From positions 257,140 to 321,139 of IMG/VR virus record IMGVR_UViG_3300031951_000003: DNA of 64,000 nucleotides, one strand, 5' to 3'. This document shows positions 28,351 to 38,235 of this stretch, one piece after another. The position numbers and the translations under genes were made by a program. Under the pieces are notes generated by a model. That model searched no databases. It was not told the origin of the DNA and saw only the letters and a program-made list of their open reading frames with translations. Position 1 is the stretch's first letter, and the number at the start of each line of letters is the position of its first letter.

Positions 28351-30138
28351 TTACTGAGTCTTTCTGTCGTAACTAATAAGATTTTTCATCTTTTCCATTT
28401 CTTCAGAAATTATTTTTGATTTCTTGTCCTCAGTTGATTCTAATTGGTTGAATATTTTTGCAGATTTTTCAGTTGATGATTTTATTTTTTTGAGACTTCC
28501 AGTTGACTTGGTCTCACCTGCAACGTCTACAGGTTGAGGTTGTCTTTTATAAGATGCGTTTTGTTGTTCTGCACCGTATAGGTTGTCCTTATAATTTTTC
28601 ATGAACTTTTCACCTACCTCACTCGGGACCACGTTACCTAACGCTTTACCATCTTTGTCCTTGACAGCATTACCTGTTTTTGAATTTCCTTTCAAATACA
28701 TTTCGATTTTTTCATCTTCAGGTTTGATTTCATCATAAACAAGATTTGTCATACCAGGGTATGCGAATGCATCAATATATTCATCGACTGCTTCAGACGG
28801 ATGATACTTTTTTGTTTTTTCTTTCATACCTGAAAGGTCATAATTACTCTCTGGAAACGCCTCAGGGTTTTCACTAAATTCACCATTCGAACCTGATTTG
28901 AGATAATCCTTCATTTTTTTCACAACACTCTTAGCATAATCTTCATTTTCTTTTTTCGACGCGTTAAGAGCTTTCATTGTTTTTTTCAAACCTTCGGGTT
29001 CTTTCTTTGAGATGTTTGATTTTTCCTTTTTTTCTTTTTGCTCGATGACAATATTTTCAATCAAATCTATAAGTTCATTTTCAGTGAAAACGATTTTATT
29101 TTCATTTTCCTTTATTCCTTTGAGGGTCAGAACTAAATTAACTTGTTTCAAAGTTTTTAAGTCCGAAGAAGACAATTTTTTATCCCCTTCAGCTTTCTTC
29201 ATTAATTCTTTTTTCAATGATTTCAATTTTGATTGAGGAATTTTCTCATCATCTGGGACATTCAATTTCTTGTGAAGTGCACCTTTTTTAATATCAGTTT
29301 TTTGAATCCATTTTTTTTCAGATTCTTTAGTTTCTTTTTTGTGATTACATTTACAATTCATCATACCACACTTCGCACACTTCTTACCTTTAGATTCTTT
29401 AACATGATATTTTTTTCCATCTACTTCAAAAGAATCTCTTCCGTCTTTTTTAGCATCCGCTAAAGCCCCTGTAAAAGCATTTCCTTCTTCAGTCTCAGCT
29501 TCTTCTTCTAAACCTTTCATGATTCTAATTTTCATTGGACCATATTTGTCCTTATACATGTCGAAAAATTTCTTACCTTCTTCACCAGGTGCAAACCAAT
29601 TAGTTTTTTCACCAAATTTTTGGAACATAGGTTCGAACTCATCGTATTCTTCTTCATCAAAATCGAAATCAAAATCTCCTATATGAGCTCTATCTTTTTC
29701 ATCAAACCAACCATGTTCATCGCTAAATGAACCAAATATTTTGTTTTTGAGGTTAGCTTTCATTTTATTGTCTTCCAATCCTTTACCAACGTAAGTTGGT
29801 TCATTCTGAGACAATTCTTCTGCATCCTCTTCAGCCTCTTCATCACCTTCGTAATCACCATGTGTTGATTTATCTTTATCATAAAAAAACCATTCATCCA
29901 TTTCTTCGGTTTCTTTAGTCTCTTTCTTTTTACTTCTTAATTTTTTGAAGTCTGCAGCATCTAATTTACCCTTTGGCTCTGCAACATCTAATTTCTTTTG
30001 ACCTCCTTTGAGTCCTTCCTCAACTTCAATTTCCTGCCATTCACCTTTTTCTTCGGTAATTTGTTTAACCTTGCTCTCGATTTCCTCATTGAGGATTTTA
30101 GAAATAAGATTGTCAATATGTTTTTGAAACTTGTCCAT
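28351..30138 (-). CDS. Large highly charged putative head/internal protein
   Basis: ILNEE N-terminus, many internal KE/LE sites, late-type motif upstream. Confidence 0.55.
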   Translation of the reverse strand: MDKFQKHIDNLISKILNEEIESKVKQITEEKGEWQEIEVEEGLKGGQKKLDVAEPKGKLDAADFKKLRSKKKETKETEEMDEWFFYDKDKSTHGDYEGDEEAEEDAEELSQNEPTYVGKGLEDNKMKANLKNKIFGSFSDEHGWFDEKDRAHIGDFDFDFDEEEYDEFEPMFQKFGEKTNWFAPGEEGKKFFDMYKDKYGPMKIRIMKGLEEEAETEEGNAFTGALADAKKDGRDSFEVDGKKYHVKESKGKKCAKCGMMNCKCNHKKETKESEKKWIQKTDIKKGALHKKLNVPDDEKIPQSKLKSLKKELMKKAEGDKKLSSSDLKTLKQVNLVLTLKGIKENENKIVFTENELIDLIENIVIEQKEKKEKSNISKKEPEGLKKTMKALNASKKENEDYAKSVVKKMKDYLKSGSNGEFSENPEAFPESNYDLSGMKEKTKKYHPSEAVDEYIDAFAYPGMTNLVYDEIKPEDEKIEMYLKGNSKTGNAVKDKDGKALGNVVPSEVGEKFMKNYKDNLYGAEQQNASYKRQPQPVDVAGETKSTGSLKKIKSSTEKSAKIFNQLESTEDKKSKIISEEMEKMKNLISYDRKTQ

Positions 30139-30164
30139 TATGTGTGTTTTTAATATAAATATCT

Positions 30165-31370
30165 TTATTTTGGTCTTTTATTAATTTTCTCAAACTCGTG
30201 CTCCAATATTGTGATAATAACATTTTCACTGATTTTGAATTTTTTGGAAATTGATTTTATTGCTTCTTTTACAGACTCATTTTTCGTAATTTTCAAAGCA
30301 TTTATGTCACCCTGATTACAATATGGGAATTTCGTGCATTTCTTTTTTACTTTTACAAATGAACCACCAGGGACTTGGGTTTTCCTACTTGGCCCCCAAT
30401 CTTTTTTCTTTGTGGATTTAGCCCACATTGCAGGTGTTTCATAACCACCAACTGAACCCGAACCTGTCGCTTCTTTTGTTTCAGCCTTTTCAATACCATT
30501 GAGGCCCATTGCATTTACTGCAATACCCTCTTTAAGTTTTGGAGTTTCAGCAAAACTCTTTCTTAGAAAATCACTGTCTTTAAATGCAATAGGACCCGCA
30601 AATGCCCCTGATGAACCTGACCCTGTCGCCTCCTTATTTTCAATTTTTTTTCCCAACCCACACTTTTGAAAAAAGTCATCGTAATCAAACTTTACACCTT
30701 CTTTCTTAAATTTTTGAACCATGTTTTTAGCAACCTTCATCTTATTTCCTTTATCATTAATTTGATTCAGAATTTCAATGATTCCGTCCACCATATCTTT
30801 ATCATTACCTTTCAACTCCTTATCTACTTTTTCATTCGTTTTCTCTTTGCCAGGTCTACCCCACTTTCTTTTCTTGATGTAAGGGTCATCTTTCGTTACA
30901 TTGGGTAAACCGAAGTTAAACTCCTTATATCCTTGTTTGTATTTCGCTCTCTTCTTAAAATCGATATAGTCTTTATCGGCTTGTAAATCTGTCGCAAATT
31001 GTCTTTTTGCGGTAACTTTATCGTCCTCCTTAGTTTCTATTTTACTCAACTTAGAATAATATTTTGGGTCTTCATATAAGTGGTCCATAGCGATTTCTTT
31101 GGCCATGTTCTTATCCTTGGTGTGTTCAGTCTCAATTTTGACTCCTTTAAGAAATTCATGTGTAAGTTTTTTGACATCAACCTTGTGTTTGTGAGCAATG
31201 TCACCCAAACTCATTTTATCTGCCTTACCACCCTCTAGTTTCTCTTCTTTAAATGATTGTTTCAATCTAGTTGCATCTTTCATAGTTGAGGAATTCAACT
31301 TTACATTTGGTTGTGTTGTGAAAGCCTTGTCTATGGCTTTTTTGAATTGTTCTGCAGCATTAAATCCCAT
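30165..31370 (-). CDS. Putative head/internal protein containing a DUF5661-like motif
   Basis: KGVKIETEHT...EIAMDHLYEDPKYYSKL; duplicated KEATGSGS. Confidence 0.55.
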   Translation of the reverse strand: MGFNAAEQFKKAIDKAFTTQPNVKLNSSTMKDATRLKQSFKEEKLEGGKADKMSLGDIAHKHKVDVKKLTHEFLKGVKIETEHTKDKNMAKEIAMDHLYEDPKYYSKLSKIETKEDDKVTAKRQFATDLQADKDYIDFKKRAKYKQGYKEFNFGLPNVTKDDPYIKKRKWGRPGKEKTNEKVDKELKGNDKDMVDGIIEILNQINDKGNKMKVAKNMVQKFKKEGVKFDYDDFFQKCGLGKKIENKEATGSGSSGAFAGPIAFKDSDFLRKSFAETPKLKEGIAVNAMGLNGIEKAETKEATGSGSVGGYETPAMWAKSTKKKDWGPSRKTQVPGGSFVKVKKKCTKFPYCNQGDINALKITKNESVKEAIKSISKKFKISENVIITILEHEFEKINKRPK

Positions 31371-31371
31371 G

Positions 31372-31617
31372 TTAAGCGTTTTTCAATCTAGGTTCCCAAT
31401 AACCTCTGTTGGTCCACATGAACTGGTAAAATTCACGGAACATCCTAAGAGTTATATCTTTTATATCACCTTCGAGTTTTCCTTTTTTGATTTCTTTTCT
31501 TATTGTATCAAGAAGTTTATCCTCGAATTGTTTGACAGTATTATTCTGCATAAAGTTTCTAACCTCCTTGCGGACTAATGTTTCAATTTCTTTTATTTCT
31601 GAATTTGTAAATGCCAT
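31372..31617 (-). CDS. Hypothetical protein
   Basis: Tiled ORF. Confidence 0.6.
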   Translation of the reverse strand: MAFTNSEIKEIETLVRKEVRNFMQNNTVKQFEDKLLDTIRKEIKKGKLEGDIKDITLRMFREFYQFMWTNRGYWEPRLKNA

Positions 31618-32027
31618 TATTTGGTTATTAAAAAGAACGTTAATACAGCAATCAGACCTGTGCCAAGGATAGAATTGAATTTACTTTTTACTTTCTCTTT
31701 CTTCAAATCAAATTCTAATTTTTTTGAATATCTTTCCATGATATCAAACTTTTGTTTCTCAGAATCAATTATTGTGAGATAATTCGTTTCTTTTGCTCTA
31801 AGAATTGTAATAACGCTGTCCTTGAGTCCTACTTTTTTCTCGGTTTCAATAAGTTGGAATTCAGTGAGTTTCAATTGTGCCTTTGCAGAATCTCCACTTA
31901 TTAAGTCTTTCATTATTTGCTTAACCACAGGTAAGGGAAAACACTTTTCAGTCTTACTTGTATCTATCTGTGAAAAAGCTATCGACTTCACGAGAAGTAA
32001 GCTTATCAATATTGCTAATTTTTTCAT
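31617..32027 (-). CDS. Secreted coiled-coil protein with C-terminal TM (spanin candidate)
   Basis: Signal peptide MKKLAILISLLLVKSIAFS-Q, coiled coil, C-terminal hydrophobic tail. Confidence 0.45.
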   Translation of the reverse strand: MKKLAILISLLLVKSIAFSQIDTSKTEKCFPLPVVKQIMKDLISGDSAKAQLKLTEFQLIETEKKVGLKDSVITILRAKETNYLTIIDSEKQKFDIMERYSKKLEFDLKKEKVKSKFNSILGTGLIAVLTFFLITK

Positions 32028-32316
32028 GATAAATTTCTTTGACAATTGTTTTTTGATTTTTTATTTTGCCGATAGTTTGGTCTACTTTTTCAATTTCATT
32101 GTTGAAATCAGAAATCTTGTTTTCCAATTTCAAATTATCTTCGTGAAGTTGCTTAATAACAACATTGAGTGAATCAAGTTGTTGTTTTTGGTCGGCAGCC
32201 ATTTGGACCCTTGGTGTCAGGAAAAATATTAAATAATAAAGGATGAACAATCCGAAAATAACTTTAAGGATTGTTATGTAATGTTTCTTTAAGAAATTTA
32301 GAATTTTACTAATCAT
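31954..32316 (-). CDS. N-anchored coiled-coil protein (i-spanin candidate)
   Basis: N-terminal TM then heptad coiled coil; near the amidase. Confidence 0.5.
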   Translation of the reverse strand: MISKILNFLKKHYITILKVIFGLFILYYLIFFLTPRVQMAADQKQQLDSLNVVIKQLHEDNLKLENKISDFNNEIEKVDQTIGKIKNQKTIVKEIYHEKISNIDKLTSREVDSFFTDRYK

Positions 32317-32317
32317 A

Positions 32318-32899
32318 TTAAATTGGTGATTCTTTTGTTTTCTTTCTACTCGCCAAAACTTTACCCCATTTGGATTTGAATTTTTGGTAGAATTGTTGAA
32401 GTTTATTAATTAAATCCAGAAATTCTTGGTCAACCTTAACCATTTGTCCATTGATATAAATTCCACTATCTTCCCCAATTGTGAAGATAAATTCCAAGTC
32501 TTCATCAATTAATTTCCCAGACCATTCAACATTATTTTGATAAACATTCAAGACATTGAAATCTACAAGGTCAGAAACCTCTTCTACGAATTCATCCATG
32601 GTTTCTTGGAATGCAACTTTATCGTCTGTTGTAATATCCAATTCACTTCTGTCCTTACCATGAAGGGCTAAGATTCCACCTGAAATTCTATATTTCTGAG
32701 TTTTGTCTTCAGGTGTTGGTTTTTCACCTTTCTCTTCATCAGAAACCGCAGTATCATATTGATTGTCTCTTTCAATCCTTTTTTCAAGGTCTTTGGCGAC
32801 ATTGATTTGTGTCTCTTGTTCGAATATCAGTCTCGATTTTTTCAAAAGAGATTTGATTTCATCGTATCTTTCTTCGTTAAGCATATTGTTCATTTTCAA
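32318..32899 (-). CDS. Hypothetical virion protein
   Basis: MLNEE/IFEQE N-terminal motifs. Confidence 0.55.
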   Translation of the reverse strand: MKMNNMLNEERYDEIKSLLKKSRLIFEQETQINVAKDLEKRIERDNQYDTAVSDEEKGEKPTPEDKTQKYRISGGILALHGKDRSELDITTDDKVAFQETMDEFVEEVSDLVDFNVLNVYQNNVEWSGKLIDEDLEFIFTIGEDSGIYINGQMVKVDQEFLDLINKLQQFYQKFKSKWGKVLASRKKTKESPI

Positions 32900-33482
32900 A
32901 ATATTTTTGTAAGGTCTCGAATTGAAATGAAGGATTTAGGTCCGTATACATTGTGTCGATATTACTCCTTGAAATTATTCCCTCCCAATCAGTAATCCCA
33001 TCGATTTTTGTGTTATGACCTATTGACCTCAGTTTTATGTTAAGCGACTCTCCTAGCATTTTACACAGTTCAGCTGTTGATTCCATTTGAATGTCAGTGT
33101 AAGGTTGCCAAAAAAAGTAGTCTCTCCATTTTTTTTCATAAACCTTGTCATTATAAATACTTCCAATCCAGTTAATATAATGATTGGTTAATGGTTTCTT
33201 TTCCAACCATCCAAGGTTCTCAAGACATATTATGACTGAGTTCTTATTGATTTGTTCCTTAGGAAATATGTTCGAATGACCTAACTCTGGTAGAAGTTGT
33301 AAAACCTCACCCTTTCTTGTTACAACGTAGTTTGGGATTTTATCATATTGTCCATTATATCTAAATTTAAGGGAGACCAGGAATTCCCCGACCTCCCTTG
33401 AAGTATGACATAATATTATTTGATTTTTTTTCTTTTGTTTCCCAATCGGTTTGAAGTTTCCGTATTTTTGGATTTTAAGCAT
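32877..33482 (-). CDS. N-acetylmuramoyl-L-alanine amidase (Amidase_2) endolysin
   Basis: IILCHT, NYVV.RKGEV.QL, NSVIICLEN, PYTDIQ, GHN. Confidence 0.75.
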   Translation of the reverse strand: MLKIQKYGNFKPIGKQKKKNQIILCHTSREVGEFLVSLKFRYNGQYDKIPNYVVTRKGEVLQLLPELGHSNIFPKEQINKNSVIICLENLGWLEKKPLTNHYINWIGSIYNDKVYEKKWRDYFFWQPYTDIQMESTAELCKMLGESLNIKLRSIGHNTKIDGITDWEGIISRSNIDTMYTDLNPSFQFETLQKYFENEQYA

Positions 33483-34194
33483 CTCTTCTCAAATAACTCA
33501 ATACCTTTTTATTATTAGTTTCTTTAACTGAGGGTGTTTCATCATAAACAATTGGTTCTTGTAGGTTTCCAAACTTTTGTTCATTTAGTTTCCTCAGTTC
33601 TTCTTCAAGTTTTTTTAATTCATCTTCAGTTGGAGTGAATTTTTCTTTTTCGATTTCGGCCTCTTTCAGTCCAGCTTGTTTACTCAATTCTTCTATATCC
33701 AAGTCGAAATTATTGACCGGTAGTTTTCTTTTTTCTTCCTCTTCGAATTTCACAAGCATGTGTAGGAACGATAAGGATATCAATGGTAACATACCACCTG
33801 CGAACAAAGCCAAGAATCTTTTGTGTCCAACGAGGTCACCAGATTCTACACCTAAAAATGAAACGATGGGGTCAACCATATCAACCCAATCTTTGAAAGA
33901 TTCGCTGTTTATATCAATATATTGATATGCAAAAAATATGTTTCCAATGAATTGTATCAACGTAACAATGATGAATGGGAAATATACTTTTTTACCCATT
34001 TGAGCCGCAATTGCGGCTAACGCTGATAAAGCAGCGATTTCAATCCCTATTGAAAGATATATCGACCAACTCAATGGATTAGAAATACCATACCAAGTTG
34101 TTACGTGAGAAATGGAAACAATAGCAACCGTAATAATCGGAACCAAGAAGGCAACGTATATTAGGGTTTTAAAGTTTTTTTGTATCCAGTTCAT
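33475..34194 (-). CDS. Multi-TM membrane protein (holin candidate)
   Basis: About four TM helices plus a charged tail; adjacent to the endolysin. Confidence 0.45.
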   Translation of the reverse strand: MNWIQKNFKTLIYVAFLVPIITVAIVSISHVTTWYGISNPLSWSIYLSIGIEIAALSALAAIAAQMGKKVYFPFIIVTLIQFIGNIFFAYQYIDINSESFKDWVDMVDPIVSFLGVESGDLVGHKRFLALFAGGMLPLISLSFLHMLVKFEEEEKRKLPVNNFDLDIEELSKQAGLKEAEIEKEKFTPTEDELKKLEEELRKLNEQKFGNLQEPIVYDETPSVKETNNKKVLSYLRRDA

Positions 34195-34475
34195 TATTTT
34201 TTATTTAATTTTTTTATTTCTTCTTCGATTTCAGTTTGTCTTCTTACATCAAGAAGTTTTCTATCTGTCGCTTGAATCATTCTTTTTTCAGCCTCAAGAC
34301 CTGAAATCTTAAGTTCCTTATTCAACTCGGTTTTAGTATAAGTTGAATCTTTTATTGCTCTTATTTCTGATTTAATCCTACTTAAATCTCTTGAATCTCC
34401 ACATCCCTTAAAAAAGGTTAATACCGCAATTACCAATACGATAACTGTGAAATTGTTTTGAATAAATTTTTTCAT
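34194..34475 (-). CDS. Membrane-anchored small protein
   Basis: N-terminal TM ending in FKGCG (possible lipobox-like Cys). Confidence 0.5.
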   Translation of the reverse strand: MKKFIQNNFTVIVLVIAVLTFFKGCGDSRDLSRIKSEIRAIKDSTYTKTELNKELKISGLEAEKRMIQATDRKLLDVRRQTEIEEEIKKLNKK

Positions 34476-34533
34476 AATTTTATAATTTTAATACAACTTA
34501 GATTTATAATTTTAATATCATAAAAATATAAAA

Positions 34534-34554
34534 GGTGTATCTAATAAATACACC
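34534..34554 (-). terminator. Probable terminator after the sigma gene
   Basis: GGTGTAT-loop-ATACACC hairpin followed by Ts on the minus strand. Confidence 0.5.
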
Positions 34555-34566
34555 CTTTACCTTTAA

Positions 34567-35364
34567 TTACATGTAGTCGAACAAACTACCCGTTTCATTC
34601 CTAAGTTTTCTGAGGGCTTTTTCTTTGATTTGTCTAACCCTTTCCTTAGTTAAATCAAAGTCATTACCAATATCTTCTAATGTTCTTGTTGAGCCAGATA
34701 ACCCGAAATAATCTTGGATGATTACCTTTTCTCTTTCATCGAGAACATCGAGAAGTGAAAGTAATTTATCTTTAAGTGTTTGCTCTGAAGAAAGTCCTGA
34801 GTCCGCACTTTCAGCATTTGGATTTGGAACAACATCCAAAAGCGTATCTCCCTCTTCGTTAAGTGGGCTATCCAAGTTCACAATAGATGGTAGGTTGAGA
34901 AACTTCTCAGGAAGTTCAGTCCCCACCTTGTCAAGTTCTTTTTTCGCCTTATGTAGTTCTTGAACCACATTTACTGGTAGTCGAATTGTTCTAGCATTTT
35001 CATTCAAGGATTGAAGTATGGATTGTCTAATCCACCACACAGCGTATGATATGAATCTAAGATTTTTTGACCAATCAAAATTCTCAATCGCTTTCATAAG
35101 ACCATAATTACCTTCAGCGATAAGGTCAGGTAAATCTAACCCTTGGTTTTGATATTGTTTGGAAACAGTAATCACAAACCTTAAGTTACCCTCGAGAATT
35201 TCTTTTTTTATTTCTTCCTTCTCTTGGATTGAGATTCTACCTGATAACATTTTTCTAGAAAGTTCTCTTTCTCTCTCTACCGTCATTACCTTAAGTTTTC
35301 TTACTTCTTTAAGGTAGGCGTTAATTTCTTCCTGATTAATTGGGATTACACTTTTTTCCTTCAT
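34567..35364 (-). CDS. Phage-encoded sigma-70 factor (RpoD/RpoS-like, no region 1.1)
   Basis: NLRFVITVSKQYQNQGLDLPDLIAEGN, RFISYAVWWIRQ, LTKERVRQIKEKAL. Confidence 0.92.
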   Translation of the reverse strand: MKEKSVIPINQEEINAYLKEVRKLKVMTVERERELSRKMLSGRISIQEKEEIKKEILEGNLRFVITVSKQYQNQGLDLPDLIAEGNYGLMKAIENFDWSKNLRFISYAVWWIRQSILQSLNENARTIRLPVNVVQELHKAKKELDKVGTELPEKFLNLPSIVNLDSPLNEEGDTLLDVVPNPNAESADSGLSSEQTLKDKLLSLLDVLDEREKVIIQDYFGLSGSTRTLEDIGNDFDLTKERVRQIKEKALRKLRNETGSLFDYM

Positions 35365-35367
35365 AGA

Positions 35368-35886
35368 TTAATTTTTACTATAACTCTTTAATATATCTTT
35401 TTCGAACTCTGTAAGATTTTCAAACCCTTTGTCAATCATCTTGTCCAAAATTTGGTCTAAGGATGGTTTAGGAAACAGGTTATTCTTTTCACCCAAAAGT
35501 AATGCCACAAAATCGTCATCTTCCTCTTCGTCCATGAAATCTAAATTCCTTTTAATTCTATTAAGGTCGATATTCATCTCAACGTCATCACTTGAATTTT
35601 CTAAGTCTAAAAGATGACTTTCTATTTCTTTCGGCATAGACAATGTCATATTGTCATGTAATTCTGTCAGAATAAATGCTTCGGTTATACCATAGAGAAT
35701 TCCACGGATGTATTCAAATATTTCACTTTTTTCAACCTCAGAGGCAAAATGGAATATCAAAATACCGTTTGTGTGTTGGAATTTCATGTGAGGTGAGTCA
35801 ACAATAGGGGTTAATGATAGTGCTAACTCTTGACACATCTTCTCGTTTTCGAATTTACCAATTACTGATAAAATGTATTTTTTCAT
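35368..35886 (-). CDS. Hypothetical protein
   Basis: TATATTTG upstream; co-transcribed with sigma. Confidence 0.6.
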   Translation of the reverse strand: MKKYILSVIGKFENEKMCQELALSLTPIVDSPHMKFQHTNGILIFHFASEVEKSEIFEYIRGILYGITEAFILTELHDNMTLSMPKEIESHLLDLENSSDDVEMNIDLNRIKRNLDFMDEEEDDDFVALLLGEKNNLFPKPSLDQILDKMIDKGFENLTEFEKDILKSYSKN

Positions 35887-35900
35887 AAAGCAAATATAGG

Positions 35901-36440
35901 TTAAACTCTCTTGGATAATCCAACTATTTGATAAAAATCTTTTTTTCCTTCACAATACTCTTTTACCAAAGTAAGTAGCCCGCGAAACATAAAAGCATCA
36001 TCTGATTGTTTTTCACACTTTGAAAAAAGTTCAACAAATGCTGTAATTGTTTCAACTGTATAATACCCATGACCCCTAAGTTGAGAGTGTTTATTACCCA
36101 TAACTTGTGGGTGTTTCAAATCGTATGTATTTCTTTCTTGAATAGATGAGAACTTTTCGGACTCATCGTAGATTTTTATGAGGTCATTAACAAAACTATA
36201 TAGATAGTTCATTTTGAAAACTGAACTATGAGACCCTTTAACCAATAAGTCAACTATCCAATGTGTGTGAGATGGGGTTCTCAACCTTTTTCCCTCTTCT
36301 TTATACTTAACCACAAAATCAAGCTCGGGGTTTTGACCTCGTTCGCCTTGATAAATAGCAACTTCTGTAACTAAGTCAGTTTTCCAAACTTTGATTGGGT
36401 GATGTTCAACCCCTATTTTCTTGAATGTTAAATGTTTCAT
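35901..36440 (-). CDS. Hypothetical protein
   Basis: 179-aa ORF with RTPSHTHWIVDL motif; not assignable. Confidence 0.55.
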   Translation of the reverse strand: MKHLTFKKIGVEHHPIKVWKTDLVTEVAIYQGERGQNPELDFVVKYKEEGKRLRTPSHTHWIVDLLVKGSHSSVFKMNYLYSFVNDLIKIYDESEKFSSIQERNTYDLKHPQVMGNKHSQLRGHGYYTVETITAFVELFSKCEKQSDDAFMFRGLLTLVKEYCEGKKDFYQIVGLSKRV

Positions 36441-36913
36441 AGATATACTCTTCCTTTTTTTCCTGAATGTTGTTCATACCATTTACCTTCATTATCCAAC
36501 CATACGTAAGGGTCTGAAGGGTCTTCGGACCACCCATATTTTTGATAAAATTCAGGTTCTTTTTTCAAAAGATTGGCACGGTGAGATGAATGAAATCTTT
36601 CGTTTCCAATGAATGGTGGTATAATAACATCATTCTCAATGTATTGTTCAAAACTCATCGTATTCTTGAATCCTCGACAAATCCATTCTGCAATTGAATA
36701 ATTCATATACAATTTCAACGCAGGGACATAGTCTCTCCACATAACCGTGCAAGGATGGTTTAACCAACCTTTGTATGGTGTTCCATCTAACTTAGGCCTA
36801 CGGGTGATTGCTGATATTATTTGATAAGTTTCAACTCTTTGTTTACCGAGACGTTTGTTGTCGAGGGATTTAAGAGATTTTCTCATATCGGAATATGGTA
36901 AGAAAATTTGCAT
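36437..36913 (-). CDS. Pyrimidine-dimer DNA glycosylase (DenV/MSMEG_6728-like)
   Basis: MQIFLPY...LDNKRLGKQRVE...GWLNHPCTVMW...HSSHRANLLKK; start moved to MQIF. Confidence 0.85.
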   Translation of the reverse strand: MQIFLPYSDMRKSLKSLDNKRLGKQRVETYQIISAITRRPKLDGTPYKGWLNHPCTVMWRDYVPALKLYMNYSIAEWICRGFKNTMSFEQYIENDVIIPPFIGNERFHSSHRANLLKKEPEFYQKYGWSEDPSDPYVWLDNEGKWYEQHSGKKGRVYL

Positions 36914-36941
36914 GCTGCAATGATACTGAATATTTTTACAA

Positions 36942-37712
36942 TTACAAAATTTGGTCCAACTTAATAATAAGTTCATTTTTGGGTATACTTCTTGGACCTG
37001 TAGTATCACCTGAACTAAATTGAATTTGTGATATTAAACGTTGAGCTGTTTGAGGGTCTTCGACTCTAAGAAAATAATGTGAAGTAATTGATACATCTGT
37101 ATCAGTGAAAACATCTCCAGCATTGATACCAACTCTTCTGATTGCTAAATTCGCATGTTGTTTTGTGGTGAAAGTAAATTTTGTGGGAGAAAGTTTTATT
37201 TCTTTCTCTCTAAGAACTTCGGTTTTTTTCAAGATAACCCAAACACATGGGACCATGAAATCTTTTCCTTCGAACGTAAAAATATCCTCAGTTAAATCCT
37301 GAATTAATGAAACCTCAAAGTTGAGAGGAATCTTGTCAATCATTGACCTTTTTTTGAAACCTTTGGGTAATATGAATGCGATTGTGTCTGCGTGAAGACA
37401 ACACTTTTTTATAAATTTTAATGCAAGACTTGAATTTCTCCCAAATGGAGGATTACCAAAGAAAAGCACTTTACGATTCCCCAAGAAACTTAAATCCTTA
37501 GTCAAAAAATTACATTGTTCTATATCATCAGACTTAGGTTCAATGTCGTAGGCTATTTTGTCTTGGTGTTCCGCCAAATGAAAAAAAACACCCTCTCCTG
37601 CCGATGGCTCTATGATTGTATCATAATCAGTTAGATTCAGAGTCTCTAAACACCTTCGAGCGACCTCAGATTTTGTATAAAATTGGTCTAAACCATACTT
37701 ACTTTTTGACAT
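36942..37712 (-). CDS. DNA N6-adenine methyltransferase, gamma class
   Basis: DQFYT, IIEPSAGEGVF, GNPPFG. Confidence 0.85.
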   Translation of the reverse strand: MSKSKYGLDQFYTKSEVARRCLETLNLTDYDTIIEPSAGEGVFFHLAEHQDKIAYDIEPKSDDIEQCNFLTKDLSFLGNRKVLFFGNPPFGRNSSLALKFIKKCCLHADTIAFILPKGFKKRSMIDKIPLNFEVSLIQDLTEDIFTFEGKDFMVPCVWVILKKTEVLREKEIKLSPTKFTFTTKQHANLAIRRVGINAGDVFTDTDVSITSHYFLRVEDPQTAQRLISQIQFSSGDTTGPRSIPKNELIIKLDQIL

Positions 37713-38217
37713 AATCTAAAAAAGTTTCCAAGTTTTTGTAAGAAACCGCAGATTGTATTCTACGTTGGGTTTTATGGTCTCTTTTGAATCTAGGTTGAAC
37801 GATTCTTTCTTCACCCCACTTTTCTTTCCACTCTTTTACTTCAGACTTCCAAGTGGTATCGTAGTCATAACTATTGGAAACAACATTTTTAATCCAATGT
37901 TTAAGTTCTTCGAAGTGTTCCCAAGTGAATAACTCTTTCCATTTTTCAACGTCTACTAATATAACTTTTTCTTCAACAATGTTTGATTTTTTACCTTTCC
38001 AAACACCATACATTAAATAGAAGTCTTTATCTCTCGATACATTATTGAATATATCGGCCAAGGGAATTTCCGAATTTTGTTTGAAGGTTTTAACTACACA
38101 TGGGGTTCCATCTTGACGATAGGCATCCCAAATACCCGTGTAGTTATCATCTGAAGATAGGTTATATCTTTCACAGAGTTGTCTTTGGTAATCAAAACCG
38201 TGACCTTGTCTTTCCAT
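37699..38217 (-). CDS. Putative PD-(D/E)xK restriction endonuclease
   Basis: ERQ.HGF.YQ...WDA...VVKT; overlaps the MTase start. Confidence 0.45.
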   Translation of the reverse strand: MERQGHGFDYQRQLCERYNLSSDDNYTGIWDAYRQDGTPCVVKTFKQNSEIPLADIFNNVSRDKDFYLMYGVWKGKKSNIVEEKVILVDVEKWKELFTWEHFEELKHWIKNVVSNSYDYDTTWKSEVKEWKEKWGEERIVQPRFKRDHKTQRRIQSAVSYKNLETFLDYVKK

Positions 38218-38235
38218 ATCGCAAATGTATGGCTT

